From the NCBI GenBank assembly GCA_047967505.1, contig CM106538.1: DNA of 64,000 nt; one strand, written 5' to 3'. Source of the stretch: Dipteris shenzhenensis. Lineage: Eukaryota. Made by a program: the position numbers and the translations under genes. The notes beneath the pieces were generated by a model. The model was not told where the DNA came from. It worked only from the letters and a program-made list of their open reading frames with translations, and did not search any database. This document shows, piece by piece, positions 1-12,643 of this stretch; position 1 is the first letter of the stretch; each line of letters starts with the position of its first letter.

Positions 1-3000
1 CATGGGAGTTAGCCTTTAGGGATGAGACGAGGGATACAGGAGGAGTTCGAGGATCAGGCAGGGTCGTAGTATTGTATAGGTCTTCCCTCGCTGGAGCCAT
101 CTCCATTGAGAGGAAGGACGCACACTCCCGATTCATGTGGATCCGGATCCGACGCACAGACACCCGTGACCTTTTCATAGCAATATGCTACTTCTCGCCA
201 GACACATCCCACTTCGCCAGAGTGGCACGAGAAGAGGGTGAGACATCTCCATATGCACCCTTACATCAGGATATCCCAGACCTTTCAGCCTACGGGGAAG
301 TTCTCCTTGTTGGGGACTTCAACGCCAGGACGAGTACGCGACAGGCACCACTCCTGGACTTCCGAGACGACGCTATCATGCTTCCAGACATGGACCTAGA
401 CGGAGCAGGTATGACTAGGACCTCATCGGATCGACATGGGCCTGTTACACCATATGGACACGCGCTCCTTGATTTGGGCAGGATGCATGATCTCATCATC
501 TACAACGGGATTGACCTATGGCCCTCCTCAGGTGGTTTTACTTGCTTCCCACACGGGGGGGGCACTAGTGTAGTAGATTACATCATGGGATTCCCTACCT
601 TCACTTCATGTATCACCGACTTCACCGTAGCACCAGTCCCTCCATACCTATTCTTCACTATCGCCACCCCATGCTTAGCCACACCACACACCACATAGGA
701 AGCACGACACCTACCACGACATACACTTTGATCACAACCTCTCACCGGCCTACTCTGGACGCCTAAACAGACTCCTAACCTACATCGATCACATACCACT
801 CATAGAGGACCGTGCTGCCCTGATTAGTCGCACACTCCACGAGGCTGCCCTCCAAATCTTTTCCCACACCACACGGTCCACTAGACCACCACCTCTTGGT
901 TATTCACCTTGCAACAATTGGTACGATGCGGAGTGCAAGGCTTATCGCCGACAGCTCCGACTTGAAACCAGATGTCACCTCCCGAACACACCAGACACGG
1001 TACACAAGTACCGACATCTCGTACGTCGGAAGAAGCAGGCTTTTCTTCGTCAAAATGAGGAGGAGCTGCTGCACATCTTGTACAGCAGCAACTCTAATGA
1101 TTTTTGGCGGAGATTCCTTGAGCGTAGGTCCGCATCACCCCTCACCGACACGAGAGTCTGGCACACGTATGCACACCATCTATATGATGTCCCACACTAG
1201 CCCACTCCAGACCTCATACACACACCTCGTCCCACCATTTGCACGTTGTTCACCAGAGGGGGAGTCAAGGACGCGACATTGAAACTGCACAATGGCCGAG
1301 CTAAGGATCAGGAGGGGCTATGCACTGAGTTTATCGCATATGGGATCGACACGTTAGCCCCGATCCTAGCAAAGCTATTCAATGACGCTGTTTGCCTTGG
1401 CTTCCCTCGCACTTGGACACTCAACACCATCACCCCCATCCACAAGGTAGGGGATCCCATGGACCCGAGTAACTACAGGACTATCATGATTGGACATGTG
1501 ATGTCCAAGATCTATGGAGCTGTATTGGATGCATTGGTCAGCCTGTTCGCAGAGATGAGAGGGCTCAGAGCAGAGGGTCAGGCCGGTTTCAGTCGAGACC
1601 ATGGGACTATGGATTACATACTCACACTCAGGAGTGTCATTGAGGAGGCCAGATCACGGAAGGAGAGGGTATACTGTTGCTTTGTGGATTTCCGCAAAGC
1701 CTTTGACACAGTACCTCGAGCTCGTCTTATCACACGCCTACAGACATTGGGATTTGATCATGAGATCATTTGGGCAGTCATGGCACTGTATGAGAGAGTC
1801 TCAGGCCGAGTTCGTACAGGCGCAGGTTGGACAGATGAGATCTTGAGTACCATAGGGGTGAAACAGGGTTGTTCCTTATCACCGATCCTGTTTGGCCTCT
1901 ATATCGATGAGCTTGAGACTTTCATGGGGACGTTCGGAGGGACCGGTTGCTCACTTGCCGGGATCATCATCAGGATTCTTCTTTATGCAGATGACGTGGT
2001 ACTCTTGTCGTCCACACCCGAGGGGCTCCAGCGACACTTGGATGCACTGCAGGCTTTTTGTTTATCCCATGATTTGGAGGCCAACCTTGGCAAGACCAAG
2101 GTCATGATCTTTAACACCTCTCGAGTAAACATGCAACGGAAACAGTTTACTTTTACTTTGGGTGGGTCACCAGTTGAGATCGTATCCTCATACACTTACT
2201 TGGGGGTCATCTTCTCCGGCCCGATCTTCACGATGAGACCAGCGATGCAGGCCAGACTGAGCAAGGGATACACCTCACTGGCTTGGCTAGAGAGACAGTG
2301 CTTTCACTCCCACTTCCAGGACCCTCGGACCAAGGCTCTTCTCTTTGACTCCTTGGTTCGACCAGCTGGTATGTATGGCAGCCCTTGTTGGGGGCCTGAC
2401 ATGTCAGAGATAGAGTGGATACGGGTGGAGCGCTTGCAGAACCTCATGCTCTCACGGATGATCCAAGGGAAGCCGTCTGTACCACATCACATCATTCAGG
2501 CCGAGTTTGGTGCTTCTCCACTCCAGCTCGATGCAGCCTTTCAGACCATCGCATATCTACACCGGGTTAGATCATATGGGGACTGCACATCAGGGAGACA
2601 GAGGTTGCCATGGTTGGCTCTCAATTCCTCCATGAGGTTGGCAACAGAGGGAGACGAGCGATGCTGGTATGCACGGACTCACAGATGGTTTGTGAGACTA
2701 GGGTTCCACATCGATAGGATACCTTCTTTTCAGTACAGTTTAGATGCCCCTTCGGTACTTCCACCCACCATCCCGATTGGGCCACATACCAACTAGGTCA
2801 TTCGAGAGGATCTCCTGCAGCTACACACCTTTAGGACATGGTTGGAGCCGAGGGAGCTTCCAGTGAAGCTGAGTTTCTACAGAGATTACTGTCTTCGCAT
2901 TTTGGAGGAGGGATTCATCACACCACCGGGGTACACTGAGCTTCATATGCCTCACTCACTACGGATCTTCATCGGACAGTTTCGGGTATCATCACACCGC

Positions 3001-3650
3001 CTCCGCATAGAGAGCGGCAGAGCAGAGGGGATTCCTAGGGAGCATCGCTTATGCATACTGTGCGACTATCAGGAGGTTGAGTCGGAGGAGCATTTTCTTT
3101 TCAAGTGCCCAGTGTACTACGAGATCTGAGGTCGCTACGACTGCCTCTTCAGAGACGGCTCCGGGCTCCTTTCCAGATTCCTCGCCTACCCAGATCAGAG
3201 ATGCCTCGCGGCCTTTATTCACGAGGGAATCTGACATAGAGAGTACTTACTCAGGCGACGAGGCTTGGTCACATCATCAGACACCTCTCAGAACAGGATC
3301 ACAGAGTTCTTCTTATTGAGTGACATTGATTGTCCAGTCTCTAGCCGTCGACGTGACAGAGACCTCGACCCGACGATCGCAGCACGACACACGAGACATG
3401 GAGGGGACACAGATCACTCTGGGGGACCTCCCGTCATTGTTTAGACCCGGGATACGTCCCACGGGAGTCATGGTGGCTCTGGTCTTGCGTCGAGTCTCGT
3501 CCAGGAGACCGAGACGCACGGCACCCCTTGACGGGCACCACCGTCCCATCACCAGCTATGCACCATCCAGGGGGACATGACATACGGAGGATTCCGCTCC
3601 GCTCCAGTCCTTTTCTTTTCATTGTTACGTCCAGATGTATTTGATTATGT
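1..3650 (+). mobile_element. LINE (non-LTR retrotransposon, APE + RT, RTEX/L2-like), 5' end outside window, degenerate (LINE-A)
   Basis: APE motifs in 72..698 (LLVGDFNART, SVVDYI); RT in 1246..2796 (QAGF, FVDFRKAFD, GVKQGCSLSP, LLYADD, YTYLG); C-terminal HRLRIESGR...CILC...EEHFLFKCP cysteine motif in 2842..3129; interrupted by frameshifts and stops. 3' boundary approximate. Confidence 0.92.
1246..3129 (+). pseudogene. LINE ORF2 reverse transcriptase and C-terminal Cys/His domain
   Basis: 516-aa open RT frame; in-frame TAG at 2794-2796, then same-frame continuation to TGA at 3127-3129. Confidence 0.9.
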
Positions 3651-4814
3651 ATGATCAGACTTAGGATTCAGCATGGGTGATGATGCTCGTTTCAATAGCT
3701 TCACCCTTACTGTGATTTGTATCAGGTTTTCTTTCAGTCTCATAGACCCATCGGTCTTCCGAAGACTCTAATAAAATTTCTTTCTTTCTTTCTTTCTTTC
3801 TATGCATTGAATGTGTTAGTATCTCAAGGGGGTAGCATTCCCCACGTTGAGGATTGTGATATGCAGCAGTTGCTCTCGAAGTTTGCTTATGTATTTGCTG
3901 ATATGCCATCCCAGTTGCCTCCCAAAAGGGATGTGGATCATGCCATTGTTCTAGAGCCTGGCAGTAAGCCCATAAGCAAAGCCTCGTACCGTCTTTCTAT
4001 GGGTGAGCGGGAGGAAGTGGCAGTACAGGTGCGGGAATTGCTTAAGAAGGACTTCATCTCTCGTAGCACTTCTCCTTTCGCTTCCTCGGTGCTTTTGGTG
4101 AAGAAGAAAGAAGGATTCAATATGCCCCTGGTACTCAACCTCCTTTGCCATAAAAGTGGATTAGCTAGCTTTTGCACAAAGCTGATGCATCCTCAAAATT
4201 TCCAACACCTGCTTCACATGCTTAATGTGCTCCTATCTATCCTTGCTGTAAATGAGGATATCATCAAAGAAAACCAGCACGCATCTGAAAAGAAGTGGCT
4301 GCGAATTGCAATATCTTGTTCATCAGCGCCTGGAAGGTGGCTAGTGCATTAGTCAATCCAAAAGGCATCACCTTGAATTCATACAAACCCCGTTTTGCGC
4401 AAAAGGCCGTCTTGTGCTCATCTTCTTCTTTCACCTTGATTTGATGGTAGCCAGACCTCAAATCTATTTTCGTGGAAAATTGAGCACCCTTGAGTTCATC
4501 CAACAGGTCATCTATCCTAGGGATTGGAAACCTCTTCTTGATAGTGGCCTTGTTTAGATCCCTGTAAAATGGCATTCGGCTGGATCCAGCAAAGGTGAAA
4601 TGCATCAAAGATTGGCCACAACCACAAAACCCCACCCGGTTGAGAGGGTTTTTAGGTCTTGCTTCCTTCTATAGGCGCTTTATTCGCAAATTTGGCAGCT
4701 CCTCTTACTAACCTCTTGAAGAAGGATGCTTTTCGGTGGTCAAAGGAAGTACAAGGCAGCTTTGAAGACCTAAAATTTGCTCTCACTCATGCACGTGTCT
4801 TGGTATGCCCTCAT

Positions 4815-5078
4815 TGTAAGATTTGGAGAGAGAGAGAGCAAGAGAGTGAGCTGAGAGCTGAAAGCTTGAAAGCTTAGTTGCAATAGAAGAGTGTAAGAGT
4901 ACAACTGAAAGAGTGAGAGATAAGGTTTTGTCCTAGTGACAAAACCTTAGTAGTCACTAACCATAGTTAGTGGACTAACTGCGGTTAGGGGGAAAAACCT
5001 CTTAAAGATGGAAAAGTGCCCCTAACTAGCTTATTAAGTTACATTGGTCACTGCTGAATTATATCTATAATTCTAACA
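4815..5078 (-). repeat. Copia-1 3' LTR (264 bp)
   Basis: Direct repeat of 10569-10814; TGTAAG...CTAACA ends; carries an 18-bp segment absent from the other LTR. Confidence 0.95.
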
Positions 5079-5097
5079 CCCCCCTGCAGTGCCAATG

Positions 5098-8000
5098 TCA
5101 TGTACAAGGATGATTAGTCACCAAACGGATAAAGTTCAGGGCACTGCGAAATGCCTCAAACTTTTCACGTGGAAGTGCTTTGGTGAAAATATCTGCAACA
5201 TTGTCATGTGTGGACACAAAGATCATACTGATCTCACTTGCATGCAACTTCTCTCTGACGTAGTGATAGCGAACCTCAATGTGCTTCGTGCGAGCATGAA
5301 ACACTTTATTCTTTGCCACTGCAATGGCACTTTGACTATCAGTGAGAATTGGAGAAGGACCCTCCAATGACAGATGAAGATCAGCAAATAGATGACGCAG
5401 CCATACACATTCAACTGTTGCTGTGAAAGCTGCCTTGTACTCAGCTTCACATGATGAGGTAGCCACTGTAGATTGTTTCTTGCTCAGCCAGGAAATGCAA
5501 GCTTTACCCAAAAAGAAATAATTGCCACTAGTGGACTGCCTAGTGTCATAATCACCAGCCCAATCTGAATCACTGTAGGCATGCATCTGCAAGTCAACCC
5601 CCCTGGGAAATAACATGCGAAAAGACTTCGTGCCCTGCAAATAACGGAAGATGCGCTTAACTGCCTGCCAATGCATAGTTTTTGGGCTGTGCATATACCT
5701 GCTCACCTGAGATACTGCAAACTGAATATCAGGTCTAGTGTTGTACAGATATATGAGGCATCCAACAGCCTGATTGTAAAATGTGGCATCAACTCATTCT
5801 CCTGCATCATGCATTGTGAGTTTCAGCCCCGGCTCCATGGGAGTGGCTATGGGCTTACAATCATGCATGCTAAATCTGTCCAAGAGTTTCTGCACATACT
5901 TAGACTGAGACATAACAGTGCCACGTCTCTCTTGAGAGAACTGGATCCCCAAATAAAAGTGAAGCAGCCCCAAATCTGACATGTCAAAGTTGGTCTGCAA
6001 ATCAGCTTTGAAATCTGCAATATTATCTTCATTGGACCCTGTGAGCAGTAAGTCATCGACATAAAGAATGATGACTAAAATATCCCCCCCATCCTTCTTG
6101 ATGTAGAGGGTGCTCTTAGTGGGACTATGGTGCAGCCCCTTGCTGGTCAAAAAGGCATGAATCTTGGCATACTATGCACGAGGGGCCTGTTTCAGCCCAT
6201 ACAAAGCTTTGTTTAGCTAGCATACCTGAAGTGCATTTGTTGTAATTTCAAAGCCTGGAGGTTGTTTGTCATAAACCTCTTCCAACAAGTCTCCGTTTAG
6301 GAAGGCTGTTTTAATGTCCAACTGATGAACATTCCACTCAAAATGTGCAGCTATTGCAATAACAGATCGGATGGTGGTCATCCGGGATGTAGGAGCAAAA
6401 GTCTCCTCATAATCTATGCCCTTTTTCTGAGCATAGCCTTTAGCAACCAGCCTTGCCTTGTATCTGTCAATGGAGCCATCTGGCTTCCGTTTCACCTTGA
6501 GAACCCATCGTGTACCAATGGCATGTTTACCTGGTGGCAAGTCTACGACATCCCAAGTCTGATTTTTCTTAATGGACTGCAACTCATCGTGCATGGCATT
6601 CATCCAATGCACATTGTCCTTTGCTTCTTCGAATGTTGCAGGCTCCTCCTCATCGAGAAGAGTACTTGCATATGCTGATTCCACTGAATTAGCACCTTCC
6701 ATGTGCCATACTGCACTGCAAGTCCTGCCAGGTAATGGAGCATCAATCTTACTCTCCCTGAGAGTCTGTAACAGCCAGTTTGGGACTGTTTTTGCTGCAT
6801 GTATGTCTGCAATTTCTTGCTGAACCACCTATTCCACTGCCTGTGGAGGTGGCAAGACATCGTGTGGCTGAACTGGAGCATCGGGAGGTGGCTGTAAATT
6901 CTGATTTGCATCAGAAATATCAGCAGGGGAACCCAAGGCAATGGGTAGCAATCCCTCAAAAACATCGTCTGAAGAAGAAGGCATATGAAATTCAGCCTGA
7001 GTGTGAGCTGAATTTTCTGCAAATATCACATCTCTACTGACAATGATCTTGCGTGTAGCAAGATTATAGAGACGGTACCCCTTGCTTTCTGCACTGTACC
7101 CAACAAATATGCACTTACTTGCCTTATCTGACAACTTATGCTGAAATTCAACTGGCACATGAGCATATGCAAGGCATCCAAAGACTCGGAAATGATCGGC
7201 TGAAGGCTTTCTCCCATTCCAGACCTCATAGGGAGTTTTTGTTTCCAAAGCCTTAGTGGGAGCCCGATCTAAGATGTAGTTGGCACACATTAGACCTTCA
7301 AGCCAGAATTTGTGAGGCATGCGTTTGCTTTTCAGCATACATCTGTCCATCTCCATAAGAGTTCTATTTTTCCTCTCAGCTTTGCCATTTTGCTGAGGGG
7401 TCAGCCTCACTGTGAGCTGATGCACAATACCCTTGCCTTTCAGAAAAGCATCAAAATCTGCAGATAAGTATTCCCCACCTCTATCTGTGCGCAATGTCTG
7501 TAGCTTGAGTCCGGTTTCATTTTCAACCATGGCTGAAAAGTGTTTAAACACCATGAACACTTCTGATTTGCACTTCAGCCCAAAAACCCAAGTGAAATTG
7601 GAGTAATCATCAATAAAAGTAACAAAGTAGAGATGACCACCCAATGATGGAGTCCTCATGGGACCACAGACATCACTGTGTATAAGCTGTAATTTCCGGA
7701 CAGGTTTAACTGAACCATTCTTTTTGAAGGGGAATCTATGCATCTTGCCTAAAATGCACCCTTCACAGGCATGTGGAGGAGGTATCTCAAGAGGTGGCAA
7801 TGCATCAACCATATAGTGCTTCTGAAGCGTCATCAAGCTGTTGTAATGCATGTGGCCATATCGGGCATGCCATAACTCTGCATTCTGCATGGCAGCAGTA
7901 GGAGTAGAAACTGCAAGAGCATGGGCTACTCTTTTCTCAAAAAGATCAAGCTGAAAAAGCCCACGCAGCAGAGTACCAGATAATCTCAACGCATAATCAT

Positions 8001-9450
8001 TTTCCCTGTCTCGGACAGCACATTTGTCATCTTCAAAGATGACCTGAAATCCAGCCCTGTTAAGAGTGGACACTGAAAGGAGATTCTTGGTGATACCAGG
8101 CACATATAAGACATCTGAAAGTCTGAAAACTAAGCCATCAATGGCGGTAAGCTCAACTTCTCCTGTACCACGTACTGAATATGACGAGTCGTTGGCACAA
8201 GTGACTTTTTTTCCAACGGGAGGTGGATGCAAGGAAGTAAAGAGACACTTCCTAGAAGTGATATGTTTGGAGGCACCGCTGTCAAAATACCAAGTATTCA
8301 GTGTTTCATTGACATTGAAAGCTGATGCATCCGTGGAAGGATCATAACTGCAAGTCAAAAAGGCATATGTATCATCATTACAAGTGGCTGTACTATCTTG
8401 AGCATCTGGAACAGCCAGCCTAGAATCTGAAATGCAAGATAAAAAGGCACCTGTCTAACAAAGTTGGCTGCAGCATCCCCACTGTCAGATGCATGAGGAG
8501 CTGAATCTGAAACAGCCATACCGGAGCTGTTTTTCTTCTCTTTTGCAAGCCTTTTCCTGCATTCTGCAATGTGATGACGTGGCTTTTTGCAGTAATGACA
8601 AAAACCCTTCTTCTTGGGCTTACTTGCATCATTTTTAGCCTTTTGTGAAGGCTGTCCTGACCCACTGGAAGGCTGATTTACTGATGTCTTTGCCTGTCCC
8701 TTTGTTTTTGACTTGAACTTTGAGAGCATAGCTTGTTCACCTGCACGTGAAGCCAAGTTTTTCCTGGTCTGCTCTTCCTGAAGCAGAAGTCCTATCAACT
8801 CATGAAAAGTGAGAGGATTTGCACCCCCCCTCAATGATAAGTTCAGCGAGGTATGAAAGCTGAGATAAGACTCAGGAAAGAATTCAGAGTGGTGGTAATC
8901 ATCTCTGAATCAGGAATAATCTCATCAATGTTCAATAATTGCTCTCTGAGATCCTGTAGCTTTGTGAGGTGGACTGACATGGAGTCACCCTCTTCCATAT
9001 GTGTATTACTTAACTCTCTTTTCAAGAAAGATACCCTTGCATCATTCCGGGCTGCATACATGCTTTCTAAGATATCCCACGCTGCCTTCGAGGTCTTACA
9101 CGACCGGATATGCGGAATGATAAATCTTTTCACTGAAAGAGAGATGCATGACAAAGCTAAGGCATCGCGTGAATCCCATCTCTTCTGCTATGGAGTATGG
9201 CTATAGCTGCACCAACAACTTGTCCTGCAGCTGCACCCTGTGCATGACCTCTTCCACCTCCTTGCTGGGGAGGGGTATTAGGTGCTATACTTGCTGGTCG
9301 GATCTCACCCCCATTCACATAATCCCATAAATTGCGAGAAATCAGAATATTGCGTACCATAAAACTCCAGAGGGAGTAGTTGGTACCATCCAACTTGTCT
9401 TCCTGTGAAAGACCACCGAACTGGAAATCATTCTGATTTTGCTGGGCCAT
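5098..9450 (-). pseudogene. Copia-1 gag-pol (gag, zinc knuckle, protease, GAG-pre-integrase, integrase, RT, RNase H), frameshifted
   Basis: KLDGTNYSLW (gag), CHYCKKPRHHIAEC, WYFDSGASKH, LWHARYGH, IHSDVCGP, RYKARLVAKG, LYVDDLL, YSDSDWAG, RTKHIEVRYH split across several frames. Confidence 0.93.
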
Positions 9451-10554
9451 ATCTGAGAAAGAGATTTTAGCAGATACAAAACTGAATTCCCTTACTGGGA
9501 ATGAAATGCACAACTCCCAAAAACACAGCCAAGCACTGGCTGTAAATGCAACTTAGATTTCTGCACTTGCATTGTCAGAAATCTGTCCAAGCATCAAAAA
9601 CTCTCCAGAATCTGCCAAAAGTGCTGCAAAACACTTCAAGAAAGGCAGTATGAACTGAAATCTCCAAAATTGCTCTCCCAACACAAAAGCCCCAAAATAG
9701 GCCTGAAATTGCAACCAGAAAGGAGCAAATTGATCAAAAGCCCCACATTTCACTGCGAAATTGCAGTGTAATCACAAAATCCCCAAATTTCTGCAAGAAA
9801 TTGTACTGCAAAACTGAAAGCCCCAAATTTCGAGGTTGAAATTGCAACTGGAAAGGGGCAAAAGCACAGAAAGCCCCAAATTTTGCAATTTCAGCAGAAA
9901 GCCCCAAATTTTTGGGCTAAACCTCTGAATCTGCCTGCAATGTCTGCTTCACAAGCAACTATGAACCCGAAAATACCCAAATGACTGCAAAAGACTGCAA
10001 CTGTCTGCACAAATACCACCAGATCTGTTGGTACAATGAGTACGGATGACTAGGTACGGATGTACGACAGAGTACAGATGAGCAGGTACAGATCTGTCAC
10101 ACGTGCGGATGAGCAGGTACTGATTGTACGGACAAGCAGATTGTACGGTCGTAGGTACAGACGGGGCTGCAGAATGTACGGTGACGGCAAGTTGTACGGC
10201 GACGAGCTGTACAGCCATACGGTCGACGATGTACTGTTGACGTAGGCTGATAGCACAGATAGAGCGCTAGTACGGACGATGAGATTGCAGGTACGATTGG
10301 TACGGAAGCAAGTACGGCAGGTACGTACGGCGAACTCAGATTGTGCAGTACGTGCTGTACGGCGCTGTAGTCGTGTTGTACAGAATGCGCAGGTACGATA
10401 AGTACGAGCTGGAGTAGCAGGTCCATACGGACCTGTACGGAATGTACGGCACTGTACGGGATGACGAGCTGCAGCATATAGAAGGTACGGCCAGCAAAGG
10501 GAGCTCGCAGGAGCTAGAGTCCAAGAGCAGAGAGCAGGTCCAAGAGCACGATCT

Positions 10555-10566
10555 GCTCTGATACCA
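10555..10566 (-). promoter_or_regulatory. Primer-binding site (tRNA-iMet) of Copia-1
   Basis: Reverse complement TGGTATCAGAGC, 2 nt inside the 5' LTR. Confidence 0.95.
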
Positions 10567-10568
10567 AA

Positions 10569-10814
10569 TGTAAGATTTGGAGAGAGAGAGAGAGCAAGAG
10601 AGAGCTGAGAGCTGAAAGCTTGAAAGCTTAGTTGCTACAACTGAAAGAGTGAGAGATAAGGTTTTGTCCTAGTGACAAAACCTTAGTAGTCACTAACCAT
10701 AGTTAGTGGATTAACTGCGGTTAGGGGGAAAAACCTCTTAAAGAGGGAAAAGTGCCCCTAACTAGCTTATTAAGTTACATTGGTCTCTGCTGAATTATAT
10801 CTATAATTCTAACA
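10569..10814 (-). repeat. Copia-1 5' LTR (246 bp)
   Basis: Direct repeat of 4815-5078, adjacent to the PBS. Confidence 0.95.
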
Positions 10815-11169
10815 TTGATTTTTCACGTCCTTTTATTGTGGAGGCAGATGCCAGTGGCAAAGGATTGGGGGCTGTTCTGAGGCAGGAACGCGGGGTTATA
10901 GCATTTGAAAGCAATAAATTAATGCCAAAGAACTTAATTACCATGTTTACGATTAGGAGATGTTGGCTATCTTGCATGCTTTCAAGAAATGACACCACTA
11001 TCTGTATAGGAGTAAAATTAAGGTGAAAACTGATCATAGGACACTCAGATTCTCCCTTACAGAAAAGGGAAGGAAAATGTGGTTGGAGATGCCTAGATGT
11101 GGGCTTGCAATTTGTCTGCTATCTCTACCATTATACCAGGGGTGGATTCATGGCATTCAAGAAGAGTAT

Positions 11170-12300
11170 ATGCTCGCGACGTGGGGGAGGGCATGGCCTC
11201 CTCAATCTTTGGATCCGGTGGGCTATGTCAAGTGTGATGCGCTTGACGGTCACCTCTAAGAAGGGCTGAGATAGACCAAACCTCAATCGTGCGTGCTCTG
11301 GTCCCTATTCGTGTCGCACGTGGAGAGTGTGTCCCTCGTCTGGTAGCATCATGGTGGACTCTCCCACTGCTAATCCATGATGCTCTCATCTCCTCAAGCT
11401 CCTCTCCCTAAGCCTCACCGGCAGCTGACTCAGATGCCACTTCTACTCCTCCCAGGCTGAGTTGCAATTCATTCCAGCATCATATCTTCGACTCTCTGAC
11501 GCGTACAAGTGCCTGGAAAAGGTGCAGTTGCAGCGATCCAGTTCCCAGCCCTTCCAGAAGATCATCTACTTGCTGCGATTGAGGTTTCAAGCCCTACCTG
11601 GTTCCCAGAGATGCTGCTAATTGACTCCAAAGCACCCAGAGCTGCCGCGAATTGATTCCAAGGAGCCTAGCACTGCTGTGATTTGGTCTAAGAGTGCCCA
11701 GGATTCTCTACAAGCTATTCCAAGGAGTAGAGCCATATTGCGACTCGTTCTAGAAGTTGTTTTGTGTGTTACTATCTGCTCAAAAGTGTCATAATAGCAG
11801 TGGTTTTATTGCTAAAGTATTTACAAGTATATTAAGGTTTGGTTATAGTGGTGTCAGAGCGTGGCTTCATCAACTTCTATGTTGATGAGGATCCCAAGTG
11901 CAAGTAACTTTTATAAACCTGCTGCAAGAGAGAGTTCAGCAGGTACTTCAAGTGCTGAGAGAGCAAGTGTTCAAAGATCAAGCGCTGAAAGATGAAGTAC
12001 ATATGTCTAGCATAAATCCCAAGATTGGGCGCATAGTTTCTAGCATCGATATGCTCGTCGAATTCACCCAAAGACAGCCCTGGGTGTGGCAAAACCCTTT
12101 TGTGGGAGATTTGACCTGCTCAAGCTTTGGGAGAGCATTCGTAGCACGAAGTATTCTCAGCAAGTTTTCGCTCCAGTTTTCAGTTTGATTGTAAACCAAC
12201 TCGTTTGATTAGATCGCTACAAATAATGGTGAGGAGATAGACAATTTAAGAAAAGAGGTTTCAAGTCACCACCACCTCTTCGTTGAAGCTTGTCCTTGGG
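11170..12300 (+). mobile_element. Degenerate LTR retrotransposon 5' fragment (LTR-like region, PBS, possible gag start)
   Basis: PBS-like TGGTGTCAGAGC at 11849-11860; upstream 11540-11800 is distantly similar to the satellite-B unit; short ORF 11898..12188 follows. Boundaries approximate. Confidence 0.5.
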
Positions 12301-12436
12301 CAAAGTGGCTTTTGAGATGTTATGGGACATTTAAAGATAAGTATTTCTTTTATGTTTATTAAGCTTGCCTTATTTTGATTTAAAAAGATCTAACCCTTGT
12401 ATCTTATTACAAGGAAACAAGTACCTCAAGGTTTGG

Positions 12437-12474
<38 letters not shown>

Positions 12475-12495
12475 AATCCTCACTTCTTTTGCCAG

Positions 12496-12643
12496 GTTAG
12501 GGACGTGAAAGTGTCAGAGGTGGATGTTTGGCAAGATTTGGCGGGTATTTACATGAGCTTAGCTTTGTGGCATGATGCGGAAGTATGCTTGGAGAAAGCT
12601 CAAGCATTGAAGCTTCATTCGGCTGCCACATGGCATGCAGTTG
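12496..12643 (+). CDS. NPG1-like: Penultimate coding exon of TPR-repeat protein, NPG1/NPGR (TTC7/YPP1-like) family
   Basis: Polypyrimidine tract + CAG acceptor; VRDVKVSEVDVWQDLAGIYMSLALWHDAEVCLEKAQALKLHSAATWHAV(G); GT donor at 12644, phase 1, joins in frame to the 27589 exon. Too short for the ORF track. Confidence 0.85.

Larger units (their letters stand above)
4815..10814 (-). mobile_element. Ty1/Copia LTR retrotransposon (Copia-1), full length, coding region decayed
   Basis: TG...CA LTRs at 4815-5078 and 10569-10814; tRNA-iMet PBS 10555-10566; G-rich PPT beside 5079; gag-PR-INT-RT-RH order on -; flanks CTCAT/TTGAT are each one mismatch from CTGAT, which would restore the host Gypsy frame CPDFS. 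Confidence 0.96.
3820..11170 (+). mobile_element. Ty3/Gypsy pol remnant (RT-RNase H), with an internal inversion and interrupted by Copia-1
   Basis: LPPKRDVDHAI...SPFASSVLLVKKK on + (3900-4115); YRDLNK...DLRSGYHQ...VMPFGLTNA on - (4117-4566); GIRLDPAKV...LRGFLGL on + from 4567; resumes after Copia-1 as DFSRPFIVEADASGKGLGAVL (10817 onward). Outer boundaries approximate. Confidence 0.88.

Noticed and set aside
3717-4352. 211-aa ORF as a real gene
   Set aside because: Chimera of a Gypsy pol segment and the antisense of the inverted RT block.
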